The notes below the pieces were generated by a model that was given only the letters and a program-made list of their open reading frames with translations, was not told the origin of the DNA and searched no databases. From the NCBI GenBank assembly GCA_964435855.1, contig CAYTAU010000007.1:10507-74506 (forward strand): a DNA stretch of 64,000 nucleotides, in the 5' to 3' direction. Source of the DNA: an uncultured Bacteroidales bacterium (GTDB lineage: Bacteria > Bacteroidota > Bacteroidia > Bacteroidales > CAYTAU01). A program made the position numbers and the translations under genes. Positions 1 to 10,800 of the stretch are shown here, in pieces (position 1 is the stretch's first letter; each line of letters begins with the position of its first letter).

Positions 1-297
1 AAAAATAAGAATGATTTTTCTTTCTCAAATTTTAAAGCAACGTACAATAAAAATAAAAAACAGGTAAAACTAACTTGGAAAATTAAAGATATAGATAATA
101 TCAAAGGCTTTATGGTTTATAAAAAAGATAATGCAAATTCAAAACTAAAACCAATAACAGGATTAATAAATGAACTTGAATATATCGACAAAAAAATTAA
201 AGCTAAGAGTTCATTAGCATATCAGATTAGAGTATTTACTAAAAGTGGTTTAATTATTAAATCTGATGAGAAAATAATAGCAATAGAAATTGAATAA
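1..297 (+). CDS. 3' end of a CDS that begins upstream of the window (beta-sandwich/Fn3-like C-terminal module)
   Basis: Frame 1 is open from nt 1 (KNKNDFSFSNFKATYNKNKKQVKLTWKIKD...) through to the stop at 295-297. The tracked 61-aa ORF is only its tail. Confidence 0.5.
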   Translation, partial: KNKNDFSFSNFKATYNKNKKQVKLTWKIKDIDNIKGFMVYKKDNANSKLKPITGLINELEYIDKKIKAKSSLAYQIRVFTKSGLIIKSDEKIIAIEIE

Positions 298-308
298 AAG
301 TAATTATT

Positions 309-1364
309 ATGAAAAAGTTAATATTATTATTTGTATTTACCCTCTTTATATTAGGCAGTTATGCGCAAGTTGGAATTAATACTACTGCCCCAGATTCTTC
401 GGCAATTTTGGATTTAAATTCAATCAACAAAGGATTATTAATTCCAACTATGACAAGCTTCGACCGCGAAGCAATGGCTTCTAATCCACCTGTAAGTGGT
501 TTGGCCGCAGGATTGCTCGTTTATGATACGGATACGAAAAGATTTTATTTTTGGGACAAGAGTCTTGTTCCAGAAAAATGGGTAGTTCTTAATAATTGGC
601 GTAAAGAATATACAAACAATACTGCTGACGATGAACACGTTTATATTGACTTAGAAAATAATTCGAATGTTGGAATAAATCTCAATAATCCAAATAGTAA
701 ATTAACAGTAAATGGTAACCTATCTGTTGGCGATAATATAACAGCACCTGCAAATGGTGCTTATGTAGATGGAAAAGTTATAATAGGTCCATTTCCAAGC
801 ACAGGAACTGACAAACTTGAAGTTAATGGTAATGCTATAGCAACAGAGACTGTAACAGCAAATATGTTTGTTGGAAAAGGAATAACTCCTGTTGGTGGAA
901 TTATTATGTATTCAGGAGATGCTTTAGGAACATTGTTTGATGGAAATGGTGTGGGTATTATAGGTTCTAAAATGGAGGGTTGGGCTATTTGTAATGGATA
1001 TAATGGAGTTCCTGATTTGCGTGATAAATTTGTTGCAGGAGCTGGAAATTCTTATGCTGTAAGAAGTACTGGTGGTGAAGATACTCATACTTTATCAGTA
1101 ACAGAAATGCCTAGTCATAATCATTCAGGTAGCACAAGTACAACTGGTGCTCATACACATAGTTATACTCATGCAAGTGGTGGCGAGGGGTATGTTGCAT
1201 TATACAATGATGATAATGAGGTATTTAAATACGGTGGTCGAACTGGAGTCAATACGGGTTCTGATGGAAATCATTCTCATACTGTTTATAATCAGGGAGG
1301 TGGTACTCCACACGAAAATAGACCATCATTTTACGCAGTATATTACATAATAAGAGTTAATTAA
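309..1364 (+). CDS. secreted phage-tail-collar domain protein (MdpB/COG4675-like), paralog 1
   Basis: Signal peptide (MKKLILLFVFTLFILGSYAQ). Bacteroidota-type N-terminal module (VGINTTAPDSSAILDLNS..KGLLIPTMT). Collar-domain signature GWAICNGYNGVPDLRDKFVAGAG...GGEDTHTLSVTEMPSHNH and C-terminal HENRPSFYAVYYIIRVN. Confidence 0.8.
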   Translation: MKKLILLFVFTLFILGSYAQVGINTTAPDSSAILDLNSINKGLLIPTMTSFDREAMASNPPVSGLAAGLLVYDTDTKRFYFWDKSLVPEKWVVLNNWRKEYTNNTADDEHVYIDLENNSNVGINLNNPNSKLTVNGNLSVGDNITAPANGAYVDGKVIIGPFPSTGTDKLEVNGNAIATETVTANMFVGKGITPVGGIIMYSGDALGTLFDGNGVGIIGSKMEGWAICNGYNGVPDLRDKFVAGAGNSYAVRSTGGEDTHTLSVTEMPSHNHSGSTSTTGAHTHSYTHASGGEGYVALYNDDNEVFKYGGRTGVNTGSDGNHSHTVYNQGGGTPHENRPSFYAVYYIIRVN

Positions 1365-1376
1365 AAATTAAATATT

Positions 1377-2402
1377 ATGAAAAAACTAATATTATTATTC
1401 ATATTTACTGCCTTAACATTAGGTAGTTTTGCTCAGATTGGAATTAATACTACAGCTCCCGATTCTTCGGCAGTTCTAGATTTGAATTCTAACAATAAAG
1501 GTTTGTTAATACCAACAATGACAACCGTTCAGCGTGACGCAATGGCAGCAAGTCCACCAGCAACAGGTTTGGCAACAGGATTACTGGTTTATGATACAGA
1601 TATTGCAAGGTTTTATTTTTGGGATATAGATAAATGGGTAGTTCTTAATAATTGGCGTAAAGAATATACTGATAACACATTAGATAATGAACATGTGTAT
1701 ATTGATTTAGAAAATAGTTCAAATGTAGGAATAAACGAAAATTCTCCAAACAGTAAACTAACAGTAAATGGGAATTTATCTGTTGGAGCAAATACTGCAG
1801 CACCAACAGATGGAGCTTATGTTGATGGACAAGTTAAAATAGGTTATTCTGGAACTATTACGGACAAACTTATTGTTGAAGGAAATACAAGCACAACGGC
1901 AACCTCAACAGCAGATATCTTTGTAGGAAGAGGAGTTGCGCCAGTTGGATTAATTGGAATGTATTCTGGTTCTACAGCAGGATTATTTGATGGAACAGGC
2001 TTGGGTGAAAGTACTACAAAAATGAGGGGTTGGGCTATTTGTAATGGAAATAACGGAACACCCGACTTGAGAGACAAATTTGTTGTTGGGGCAGGAAGTA
2101 CTTATTCGGTTAGTAACACTGGTGGTGAAAATACTCATACATTGATAATAAATGAAATGCCAAGTCATAGTCATACAGGTAATACAACTTCAAATGGTAA
2201 CCATAGGCATCCTTGTGGAACAAGGGGTTTTGAAACAAATGGGAATCAGGGTGCTGATGGATCTACTGATGACTCTAATATTAACACTCAATATGCAGGA
2301 AGTCATACCCATTCATTAAACATTAATAATACTGGTAATAGTGTAGCCCACGAAAACCGTCCTCCATATTATGCAGTATATTACATAATGAGAATTAACT
2401 AA
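1377..2402 (+). CDS. secreted phage-tail-collar domain protein, paralog 2 (tandem duplicate)
   Basis: Same architecture as 309-1364 (GWAICNGNNGTPDLRDKFVVGAG...GGENTHTLIINEMPSHSH...HENRPPYYAVYYIMRIN). Separated from it by a 12-nt gap. The two genes share an identical stretch of about 35 nt (aaatgggtagttcttaataattggcgtaaagaatata). Confidence 0.8.
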   Translation: MKKLILLFIFTALTLGSFAQIGINTTAPDSSAVLDLNSNNKGLLIPTMTTVQRDAMAASPPATGLATGLLVYDTDIARFYFWDIDKWVVLNNWRKEYTDNTLDNEHVYIDLENSSNVGINENSPNSKLTVNGNLSVGANTAAPTDGAYVDGQVKIGYSGTITDKLIVEGNTSTTATSTADIFVGRGVAPVGLIGMYSGSTAGLFDGTGLGESTTKMRGWAICNGNNGTPDLRDKFVVGAGSTYSVSNTGGENTHTLIINEMPSHSHTGNTTSNGNHRHPCGTRGFETNGNQGADGSTDDSNINTQYAGSHTHSLNINNTGNSVAHENRPPYYAVYYIMRIN

Positions 2403-2447
2403 TAATGAGAAATAGAAGTCAACATAATATATATTAAATAAATTATT

Positions 2448-5400
2448 ATGGCAAAAAAGATATTTAATCTTGCAATTAAAATATTTACATCTTACTTAAT
2501 GATTGTCGGAGTCATTAGTAGTGTTTATGCGCAAGATACTTTAACCGTAGGAGAGGCTAGAATTAAATTAGTTGACGATGTTCCAATGTATATAAATGGA
2601 ACAATTATTAATAATGATAGTGCAATATTTAATTCCGGCAATATTTATATTAAAGGCAATATTATTAATAATCATACTAGTGAACTTTTTACTAAAGGTG
2701 AAGAGGGTCGTGTAATATTTATTGGAGATACTTTACAGCAAGTTGCTGGACAATATCCTGTTCGGTTTAACAAACTAAAATTAGAAAAACCAGACTCATT
2801 ACTTTTTGGTCAAACAATAACAGTTTCCGACTCCGTTATTTTTATAAAAGGAATTATTAATCTCAATGGAGAAAATATGTACCTAGATAATTCTGATTTA
2901 TCTGTTAATGGATTACTTGATGTTGAAAAAGATACAGCAAGAATTGTAAGTGATTCAGGTTATGTTTGGTCAGAATTGCCATTAGCTACATATATTTCAC
3001 AAAAAGGTTTGGGAATGGGTTTGCATTTGAGCAATATCTCAGGTGGAGATTTAAAAATTGAACGCGGTCATACTTCAGAAATTACTGTTACAGACGGAAG
3101 CATTAAAAAATATTTTAACCTTTATCCTACTAATGCTAATCAAGATGCAGATGTTAGTATTTATTATCTTGATAATGCCGATTTTGATGATGTAAATTGT
3201 ACAGAAGCAGATTTTAAATTATGGTCATCTTATACCGAAGGATACTATTACGAAAATAAATATGGCGAACTTTATGCTGCAGATGATTCTGTATTTACAA
3301 ATGGAGATATAATAAACATACAAAACCCTACCAGAATAACAATTGCTGATCATATTTGTGATAATCCTCCGATTGTTGACTTGGGTGGAGATACCATGCA
3401 CATTTGTTTTGGAAATACTGAAAGTATTAATGCCGGAAATCCGGGTTATGATTTTATGTGGAACACAGGTGCAACTACTCAACAAATATATGTTTCAACG
3501 ACAGGAAATTATTTTGTAACTGTAACTGACCCTCATGGTTGTTTTACGATAGATTCTATTACTGTTGTTATAGATTCTATTCCACATCCCGAATTTACTA
3601 CAGTAAGTGGTGGTAGTTATGAATGTGCAGGAGATACTTTCTATTTTACAAATACAAGCACAATTGATATTTCTGGCGCACCAATGACATATTTGTGGGA
3701 GTTTGGCGATGGATCAAGTTCTATTGATTCAGTAAGCTCTGTAGCATATCTTACTGCAGGAAATTATACAGTAACATTAACAGTAAGTTCTGTTGATGGA
3801 TGTCAGCGTATTGCTACAAAAGACCTGGTTGTAAATCCTTTGCCTGTAGTCTCATTTAATTACAATAATGTGTGTAGTCTTGAGCCTATTTCGTTTACAA
3901 ACACTACATCCGGGGCAATTATGAGTAACAATTGGCAGTTTGGAGATGGAAATACATCATCGACATCTGACCCAATTTATACTTATGCTGGAACAGGTTC
4001 ATATGATGTTGTTCTAACTGTTGTAAATAATTATGGTTGTGTAGATTCCTTAACACAAACAGCAATGGTTTATGCTCCCGGAACAGCAGATTTTACTATT
4101 AATGATGCAGAAGTTTGTCAAGGGAATTCATCAGTATTTCATAACTCTTCAACAGTTGCAAGTGGAACATTAACTTATGTATGGGATTTTGGCAATGGAA
4201 TGAGTTCAACAACTGCAAACCCTATTATTATGTATGATACTGTGGGAATTTATGATGTAAGTCTTATTGCAACAACAGAAAATGGTTGTAATGATACAAT
4301 TACAATACCTGTTACTATTTTCCCAAATCCTGTTCCCGATTTTACTTTAAATGATGTTTGTTTGGGAGATACTGTCTATTTTGTTAATACCACAACAATA
4401 AATCCTGCAGAAGTTTTAACTTATGAATGGAGTTTTGGTGATGCAACAACATCAACAGATATTGATTTTAATAAAATTTATACAAGCCAAGGTAGTTATA
4501 CTGTTAATTTGATAGCTACATCTACAAACGGATGTTCACAATCTATAAGCAAAACAGTAAATATCTATCCAAACCCTACAAGCAATTTTGTTTGCCAACC
4601 GGTATGTGAGGGCGATGCAAGCGTATTTCAAAATAATTCATATCCAAACGATGGTTCTTTAAGTTATTTATGGGATTTTGGCGATAGTAATACTTCTATA
4701 GAAGATAACCCAAATTATATTTATCTAACAGCTGGAACTTTTAATGTAGAATTAATTGCTACTTCTGCTTATGGCTGTTCCGATACAATTAATCAATATG
4801 TAATAGTTTATCCAAATCCAATTGTAGATATTGGCGACACTATTTATCATTGTTTCGATTCTTACATTATTGATGCACAAAATACAGGATTTACTTATTT
4901 GTGGTCAACAAATGCACAATCACAAAGTATTACAGTTTATACTGATGATAATTATTCTGTTACAGTAACTTCAAATGATGGATGTAGTACTGTAGATAAT
5001 GTACAGGTATATTTAAATACTCCTGTTGTCATTAATTTGGGTGGCGATATTATTGATGCCTGTGATTTTATAACATTAGATGCGGGTTATCCCGGAGCAG
5101 ATTATCTATGGTCAACAACAGAAACTACCCGTACCATTCTTGTTACAACATCTGGCACTTATTCGGTAACTGTTACAAATCAGGGATGCACAGGTGATAC
5201 AAGTGCAGTAGTAAATATTCATCAATCACCAATAGTCGATTTGGGTAATGATATTACTGTTTGTGATGGTACAATAGTAAATCTTGATGCTCAAAATTCA
5301 GGAGCTGATTTCGAATGGTCAACAAGCGAAACAAGTCAAACAATTAATGTAACAAGTGGTGGAGATTATTGGGTTGCTGTAACAAATCAATATTCATGCA

Positions 5401-6626
5401 CAACTTACGATACTGTTCTTGTTACTTTTAATCCTTTGCCTATTCTTAATTTCCCTGACGATACTACTGTTTGTGGAAGTACTATTTTAGATGCAGTAAA
5501 TCTCGGGTCAACTTATTTATGGAACGATGCTTCAACATCTCAAACTCTTTTTGTTTCTACAACAGGGCAATATTGGGTAGAAGTAATTGCAGGAAATAAC
5601 TGTTCTTTATCCGACACAGTAAACATAACAGTAAATCCAGCTCCAATTGTTGATTTAGGTAATGATGCAAGCATCTGTAATGGAGATATTCTTGTATTAG
5701 ATGCCGAAAATATTGGTAGTTCTTATTTATGGCATACAGGAGCAACTACACAAACATTAGAAGTTTCTGCCAGTTCCGATTATTGGGTAAGTGTAACAAA
5801 TTCATTTAACTGTTCAGTTATTGACACAATTAATATCCTTGTTAATCCAAAGCCAACAGTCAACTTAGGAGCTAATCAATTTCTATGTGCCAATCAATCT
5901 GCATTATTAGATGCAGGTAGTGATGGGATAAGTTATTTGTGGAATTCTACATCTGGATTTACTTCAACAAATAGTTCCGTATTAGTTTCAGATTCTGGAC
6001 AATATTGGGTTGATGTTACTAATATTCATAACTGTGTTTCATCTGATAGTGTTTTAGTACAATATTCCGATTTTTCTATAAGTGCATATTTCCTTGCACC
6101 TACTGAGGCAAAAATTGGTGATACTATACAATTTGTTGATGTTTCTTATCCTACGCCAGATACTTATTTGTGGGAATTTAAAGATGGAATAACAAGCGAA
6201 GAACCGCTGCCTACACACATTTATTATATAGAAGGAACTTTTAATGTTCTACTTTCTGTAGGAAATAATTTTTGTTCTGATACTATATCAAAATATATAC
6301 TTATTGAAGGTACAAATAAATATTTTGCTTATCCTGATAGTGTATTTGATGAAGAACCTGAAACATTGTTCGAAATTTATACATCAAAGATTTATCCGAA
6401 TCCTAATAATGGTAGATTTATATACGAGTTAGAAATTAACGAACAATCGCAAGTAAATCTGTATTTATATAATATTAACGGACAATTACTATATAGAGAG
6501 GAAATTGATAATGCAAGTTATTTGCTGAAATCTTATAGTTTTGAATATTTAAAACCCGGGATTTATATCTATAAAATGATTGTTAGAGATAAAACAGAAA
6601 CTTATAAAGTTGTAAAATATAATTGA
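2448..6626 (+). CDS. giant PKD-domain / Cys-containing beta-sandwich repeat surface protein with type A T9SS C-terminal sorting domain
   Basis: Signal peptide. About 7 PKD-like units (W.FGDG..S....P.H.Y...G.Y.V.L). Seven ~70-aa units of pattern DLG.D...C.....LDA...G..YLWSTG.TTQ.I.V...G.Y.V.VT...GC...D...V. C-terminus IYPNPNNGRFIYEL...GIYIYKMIV matches the T9SS CTD. Confidence 0.85.
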   Translation: MAKKIFNLAIKIFTSYLMIVGVISSVYAQDTLTVGEARIKLVDDVPMYINGTIINNDSAIFNSGNIYIKGNIINNHTSELFTKGEEGRVIFIGDTLQQVAGQYPVRFNKLKLEKPDSLLFGQTITVSDSVIFIKGIINLNGENMYLDNSDLSVNGLLDVEKDTARIVSDSGYVWSELPLATYISQKGLGMGLHLSNISGGDLKIERGHTSEITVTDGSIKKYFNLYPTNANQDADVSIYYLDNADFDDVNCTEADFKLWSSYTEGYYYENKYGELYAADDSVFTNGDIINIQNPTRITIADHICDNPPIVDLGGDTMHICFGNTESINAGNPGYDFMWNTGATTQQIYVSTTGNYFVTVTDPHGCFTIDSITVVIDSIPHPEFTTVSGGSYECAGDTFYFTNTSTIDISGAPMTYLWEFGDGSSSIDSVSSVAYLTAGNYTVTLTVSSVDGCQRIATKDLVVNPLPVVSFNYNNVCSLEPISFTNTTSGAIMSNNWQFGDGNTSSTSDPIYTYAGTGSYDVVLTVVNNYGCVDSLTQTAMVYAPGTADFTINDAEVCQGNSSVFHNSSTVASGTLTYVWDFGNGMSSTTANPIIMYDTVGIYDVSLIATTENGCNDTITIPVTIFPNPVPDFTLNDVCLGDTVYFVNTTTINPAEVLTYEWSFGDATTSTDIDFNKIYTSQGSYTVNLIATSTNGCSQSISKTVNIYPNPTSNFVCQPVCEGDASVFQNNSYPNDGSLSYLWDFGDSNTSIEDNPNYIYLTAGTFNVELIATSAYGCSDTINQYVIVYPNPIVDIGDTIYHCFDSYIIDAQNTGFTYLWSTNAQSQSITVYTDDNYSVTVTSNDGCSTVDNVQVYLNTPVVINLGGDIIDACDFITLDAGYPGADYLWSTTETTRTILVTTSGTYSVTVTNQGCTGDTSAVVNIHQSPIVDLGNDITVCDGTIVNLDAQNSGADFEWSTSETSQTINVTSGGDYWVAVTNQYSCTTYDTVLVTFNPLPILNFPDDTTVCGSTILDAVNLGSTYLWNDASTSQTLFVSTTGQYWVEVIAGNNCSLSDTVNITVNPAPIVDLGNDASICNGDILVLDAENIGSSYLWHTGATTQTLEVSASSDYWVSVTNSFNCSVIDTINILVNPKPTVNLGANQFLCANQSALLDAGSDGISYLWNSTSGFTSTNSSVLVSDSGQYWVDVTNIHNCVSSDSVLVQYSDFSISAYFLAPTEAKIGDTIQFVDVSYPTPDTYLWEFKDGITSEEPLPTHIYYIEGTFNVLLSVGNNFCSDTISKYILIEGTNKYFAYPDSVFDEEPETLFEIYTSKIYPNPNNGRFIYELEINEQSQVNLYLYNINGQLLYREEIDNASYLLKSYSFEYLKPGIYIYKMIVRDKTETYKVVKYN

Positions 6627-6645
6627 TGCCTTGGATTTTTAAACC

Positions 6646-7824
6646 ATGAAAATAAATACTTTAATAAATCAAATACAGATTGTTGACAACGGGCTAAAGA
6701 GTGAAGCTAATAAGTCAGTAAATCAATTATTAACTATCCGCAATTGCTTGATTGGATATTATATTGTTCAATATGAGCAAAAAGGTGAAGATAGAGCAAA
6801 ATATGGTGAACGATTATTACAAACATTATCAGAGAAATTAGATATAAAAGGGATGTCTTATAGGAATTTGAATCTGTTTAGAAAGTTTTTTTTGACTTTT
6901 CCTGAAATTATGCAGTTGTTGACTGCACAATCTTCTGAATTCATTCTTCCAATTATGCAGTCGGTAACTGCAGTTTTTAAAAACCCTCGCCAATCAGTTA
7001 ACGATAAAGATGTTGTGTCCGAGCAAAAATCAAGTATTCGTTTAGATATTATTGAACAAGATAATAAGTTAAGCGTAGATTTTTCAGAAGAACGAATTTT
7101 GCTAGCTTACAAAATGATTCAATCATTATCTTTCACTCATTTAGTTCTATTGCTTTCTTTAGACGATGAATTAAAAAGAGCTTTTTACATAATTGAATCG
7201 ATAAAAGGGGTTTGGAGTGTTAAAGAACTTAAAAGACAAATTAATACCCTTCTTTTTGAAAGAAGCGGGCTTTCAAAAAAACCTGAATTACTTATTGAAA
7301 AAATAAATAAGAACCTAAATTCAGAAATAACATCAACATTAGTAAAAGATATTTACACCTTTGAGTTTTTAGGTTTACCAGAAAAATATGCTGTTGAAGA
7401 AACTGAATTGGAAAGCGCTCTTCTTGATAATATTCGTGAGTTTATACTCGAACTTGGAGACGGATTTTGCTTGGAAGCAAGACAAAAACGAATTTTAATT
7501 GGACAAAAATACTATTTTATAGATTTGGTATTTTATCATCGTATTCTTAGATGTCATGTGCTTATTGATTTAAAAGTGAATGAATTCGACCATGTGAATG
7601 CAGGACAATTAAATACTTATATAAATTACTATAAAAAAGAAGTGAAACAAGAATACGATAATGACCCTGTTGGTATATTGATGGTAACTAACAAAGAAGA
7701 TGCATTGGTAGAATTTGCCACAGCTGGTATGGATAAAAATTTATTTGTAAGTAAATATATGCTTAAATTACCAAGTAAAGAAAAATTGGAACAATTAATA
7801 AGAAACGAAATAAAAAATATATAA
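6646..7824 (+). CDS. DUF1016 / YhcG-family PDDEXK nuclease-domain protein
   Basis: C-terminal core ...ESALLDNIREFILELGDGFCLEARQKRILIGQKYYFIDLVFYHRILRCHVLIDLKVNEFDHVNAGQLNTYINYY matches the YhcG/DUF1016 nuclease fold (D...D-L-K). The N-terminal helical region is typical of the family. Confidence 0.8.
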   Translation: MKINTLINQIQIVDNGLKSEANKSVNQLLTIRNCLIGYYIVQYEQKGEDRAKYGERLLQTLSEKLDIKGMSYRNLNLFRKFFLTFPEIMQLLTAQSSEFILPIMQSVTAVFKNPRQSVNDKDVVSEQKSSIRLDIIEQDNKLSVDFSEERILLAYKMIQSLSFTHLVLLLSLDDELKRAFYIIESIKGVWSVKELKRQINTLLFERSGLSKKPELLIEKINKNLNSEITSTLVKDIYTFEFLGLPEKYAVEETELESALLDNIREFILELGDGFCLEARQKRILIGQKYYFIDLVFYHRILRCHVLIDLKVNEFDHVNAGQLNTYINYYKKEVKQEYDNDPVGILMVTNKEDALVEFATAGMDKNLFVSKYMLKLPSKEKLEQLIRNEIKNI

Positions 7825-7841
7825 ATCAGAAATCAAAAAAT

Positions 7842-10800
7842 ATGAAAAAACAATATACATATATAATAGTCCTGATAGTGGCAATTCTCAGTATATCTTC
7901 AAAATCTTATGCTTTAGATTCTTTTGGAGGAACCTTAGAGCTAGCTGATGACACAGTTTGCTACGGAAATAACTATGGAATGCTCCGATTAAATGGAGAA
8001 ATTGGCGATGCTCAATATTGGGAATATTCTACAAGTGGAGGTAGTCCTTGGATTACAATTAATCATACAAATGATTCTCTTGAGTATAATGATTTAACTC
8101 AAACAACATATTTTAGAGTTATTGTAAAATATCTTAGCACACCACAAGATACATCAAGCATTGCAGTTGTTCATGTTAGTCCTATATCAGTAGCAGGAAC
8201 ACTTTCGCAAAATATGGAAGTTTGTGCTGCAGGCAATTCAGAAACTCTACAACTTACAGGATATACAGGAGATATTGACTATTGGGAATACTCAAGTGAT
8301 GGAGGAACAATTTGGAATACTATTGCTAATACAGCAGATACATATACATTCAATAATCTTTCTACAACAAATTTATTCCGTGTAATTGTAAAATCAGGAG
8401 TATGTTCTACCGATACCTCAAACACAATTACAGTAACAGTTTATCCTCAAACAAATGCTGGTTTACTTTCTGTTAGCGATACAGTTTGCTATGGTAATAA
8501 TTTAGGTGAAGCCATACTTACGGGTTTTACAGGCGACATTGTTCGTTGGGAAACATCATCTACAGGCTATGCTCCTTGGTCAAGTATAAATTACATAAGT
8601 GATACATTGGAATATACCAATCTTGTAAATACAAGTTATTATAGAGTTGCGGTAAAGAGTGGTATTTGTGATGAGTTTATTTCAAATGATATTTCACTGG
8701 TTGTTTCTCCTGTTTCTATTGGAGGAATCATTTCCGGTTCTCAAGAAGTGTGTAGTCAGGTAAATAATGGCACATTAGTTTTATCAGATTATACGGGAGA
8801 TATTAAAAATTGGCAATATTCAACCGATTTTGGAACAAGTTGGAGCGATACAGCAAATATTAATCATACTTTCAATTATAGTGGATTAATTCAAACAACG
8901 CAATTTAGAGTTGTGATAAAAAGCGGAGCTTGCGATACAGCATATTCCGAAATTTCAACAATTACTGTTAATCCTTTACCTGATGTTTTATTTTCTTACG
9001 ATACTGTTTGTAGAACTCAAGCAACAACATTTGTAAATAATTGCATAATTATTACAGGAAGCATATCAACTTATAGTTGGGATTTTGGAAACGGTGATGG
9101 CAATAATGCAGAAACACCAATTTATACTTATCCTGTTGATGGAACATATACAGTAGAATTAACAGCCACATCAAACAAAGGCTGTATAAATACTTTATCA
9201 CAAATTGTAATAGTAAATCCTTCTCCGGTTGTTGATTATTCTTTTAGTAATGTTTGCGATAATGATACAGTTTATTTTACAAATTCATCATTTTCTACTA
9301 TAGCAGGAGCCTTATCATATTCTTGGAATTTTGATGATGCTTCAACAATTATCTCTGATGAAAATCCTTCTCATCTGTATGCTCAGTCGGGTAGCTATAA
9401 TGTTAAGCTTGTAGTTGAAGAAGATGCTACTGCTTGTAAAGATTCTGTTATAAAATTAGTTGAGGTTTATCCCAGAGCAGTACCCGATTTTAGCTTTACA
9501 AATATTTGTGACGGAAACGAAATGATTTTTACTAATAACACAACTATCTCAAGTGGAAGCATCAATTATTATTGGACTTTTGGCGACGGACAATACGAAA
9601 GCTCTTTAAGTCCTACCCATTTGTATAGCTCAGACGGAGTATATAGTGTTCGATTATCAGCTACAACAGATCATAATTGCCTTGATACTATTGCAAAAGA
9701 TGTAATAGTCTTTGCTCAACCAGTTGCTGGTTTTTCAGGAACAGATATTTGCTATACCGATACTTTCCTTTTTCAGAATGAGTCTGTAATTAATTCCGGA
9801 ACAATGTCATATTTGTGGAATTTTGGAAACGGTAATACATCTGTTGAGGAAAATCCAAACTACTATTATTTTGCTCCTGGTACTTACAATGTATCATTAA
9901 CAGTAGAGTCTGATAGTGGATGTACTGATGAGGTTTATAATAGTGTAAATATTTATTCGTTGCCCAATGTTCTATTCGATGTAAGTGATGTATGTCTTTA
10001 CGATTCGGCAATATTTGTAAATAATTCGACCATACAAAGCGGTAGTCTTGTATATCAATGGTATTTTGGCGATGCCTCTGGTTCAGTGCTTGAATATCCA
10101 AAACATATTTATGATACAGCAGGCACTTATTCAATAAAACTTATTGCAACTGCCGGAGGTATGTGTTCAGATTCTATTACAAAAACTTTAGATATTTTCC
10201 CGATTCCGATTCCCGATTTTGACGCTACAAATGTTTGCGATGGAGAAGAATCTCGTTTTTACAATCAAACAACAATATCGTCTGGTAATATTGATGGCTT
10301 CTCGTGGGATTTTGGAGATGGAACCAATTCTGTTCAAGAAAATCCTGTTCAGCAATATCTAAATCCGAATACTTATACTGTTCAGCTTGTTGTTAGCTCA
10401 AATAATGGCTGTACTGCCGATACTTCGATGCAAGTAACAGTTGATTATATGCCAATAGCAAATTTTGTTGTTTATGACGTTTGTGCCAACGATCCGATAA
10501 GCCCATCTAATTTAAGCACAATAGAGCAGGGTAGTATGACATATCTATGGAAATTTGGCGACAATGATACATCAATAGTCCCAGAGCCAAATCATTTATA
10601 TGATGCTTCGGGAATTTACGGAATTACTCTTTTGGTATATTCCGAAAATTCTTGTGTAGACTCATTAATCAGATATGTGAAAATAAATCCGCTGCCAGAT
10701 GCTTATGCGGGTGTAGATACCAGTATCAGCAAAGGAAGCGAAGTCTTACTTGCAGCTTTGGGCGGAAATATTTACAATTGGTTTCCGTCAACAAGTTTAT

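Noticed and set aside
309-2402. Prophage or tailocin, because of the tail-collar domains.
   Set aside because: Both proteins have signal peptides and a Bacteroidota surface-protein N-module. No capsid, terminase, sheath, baseplate or integrase genes are nearby.
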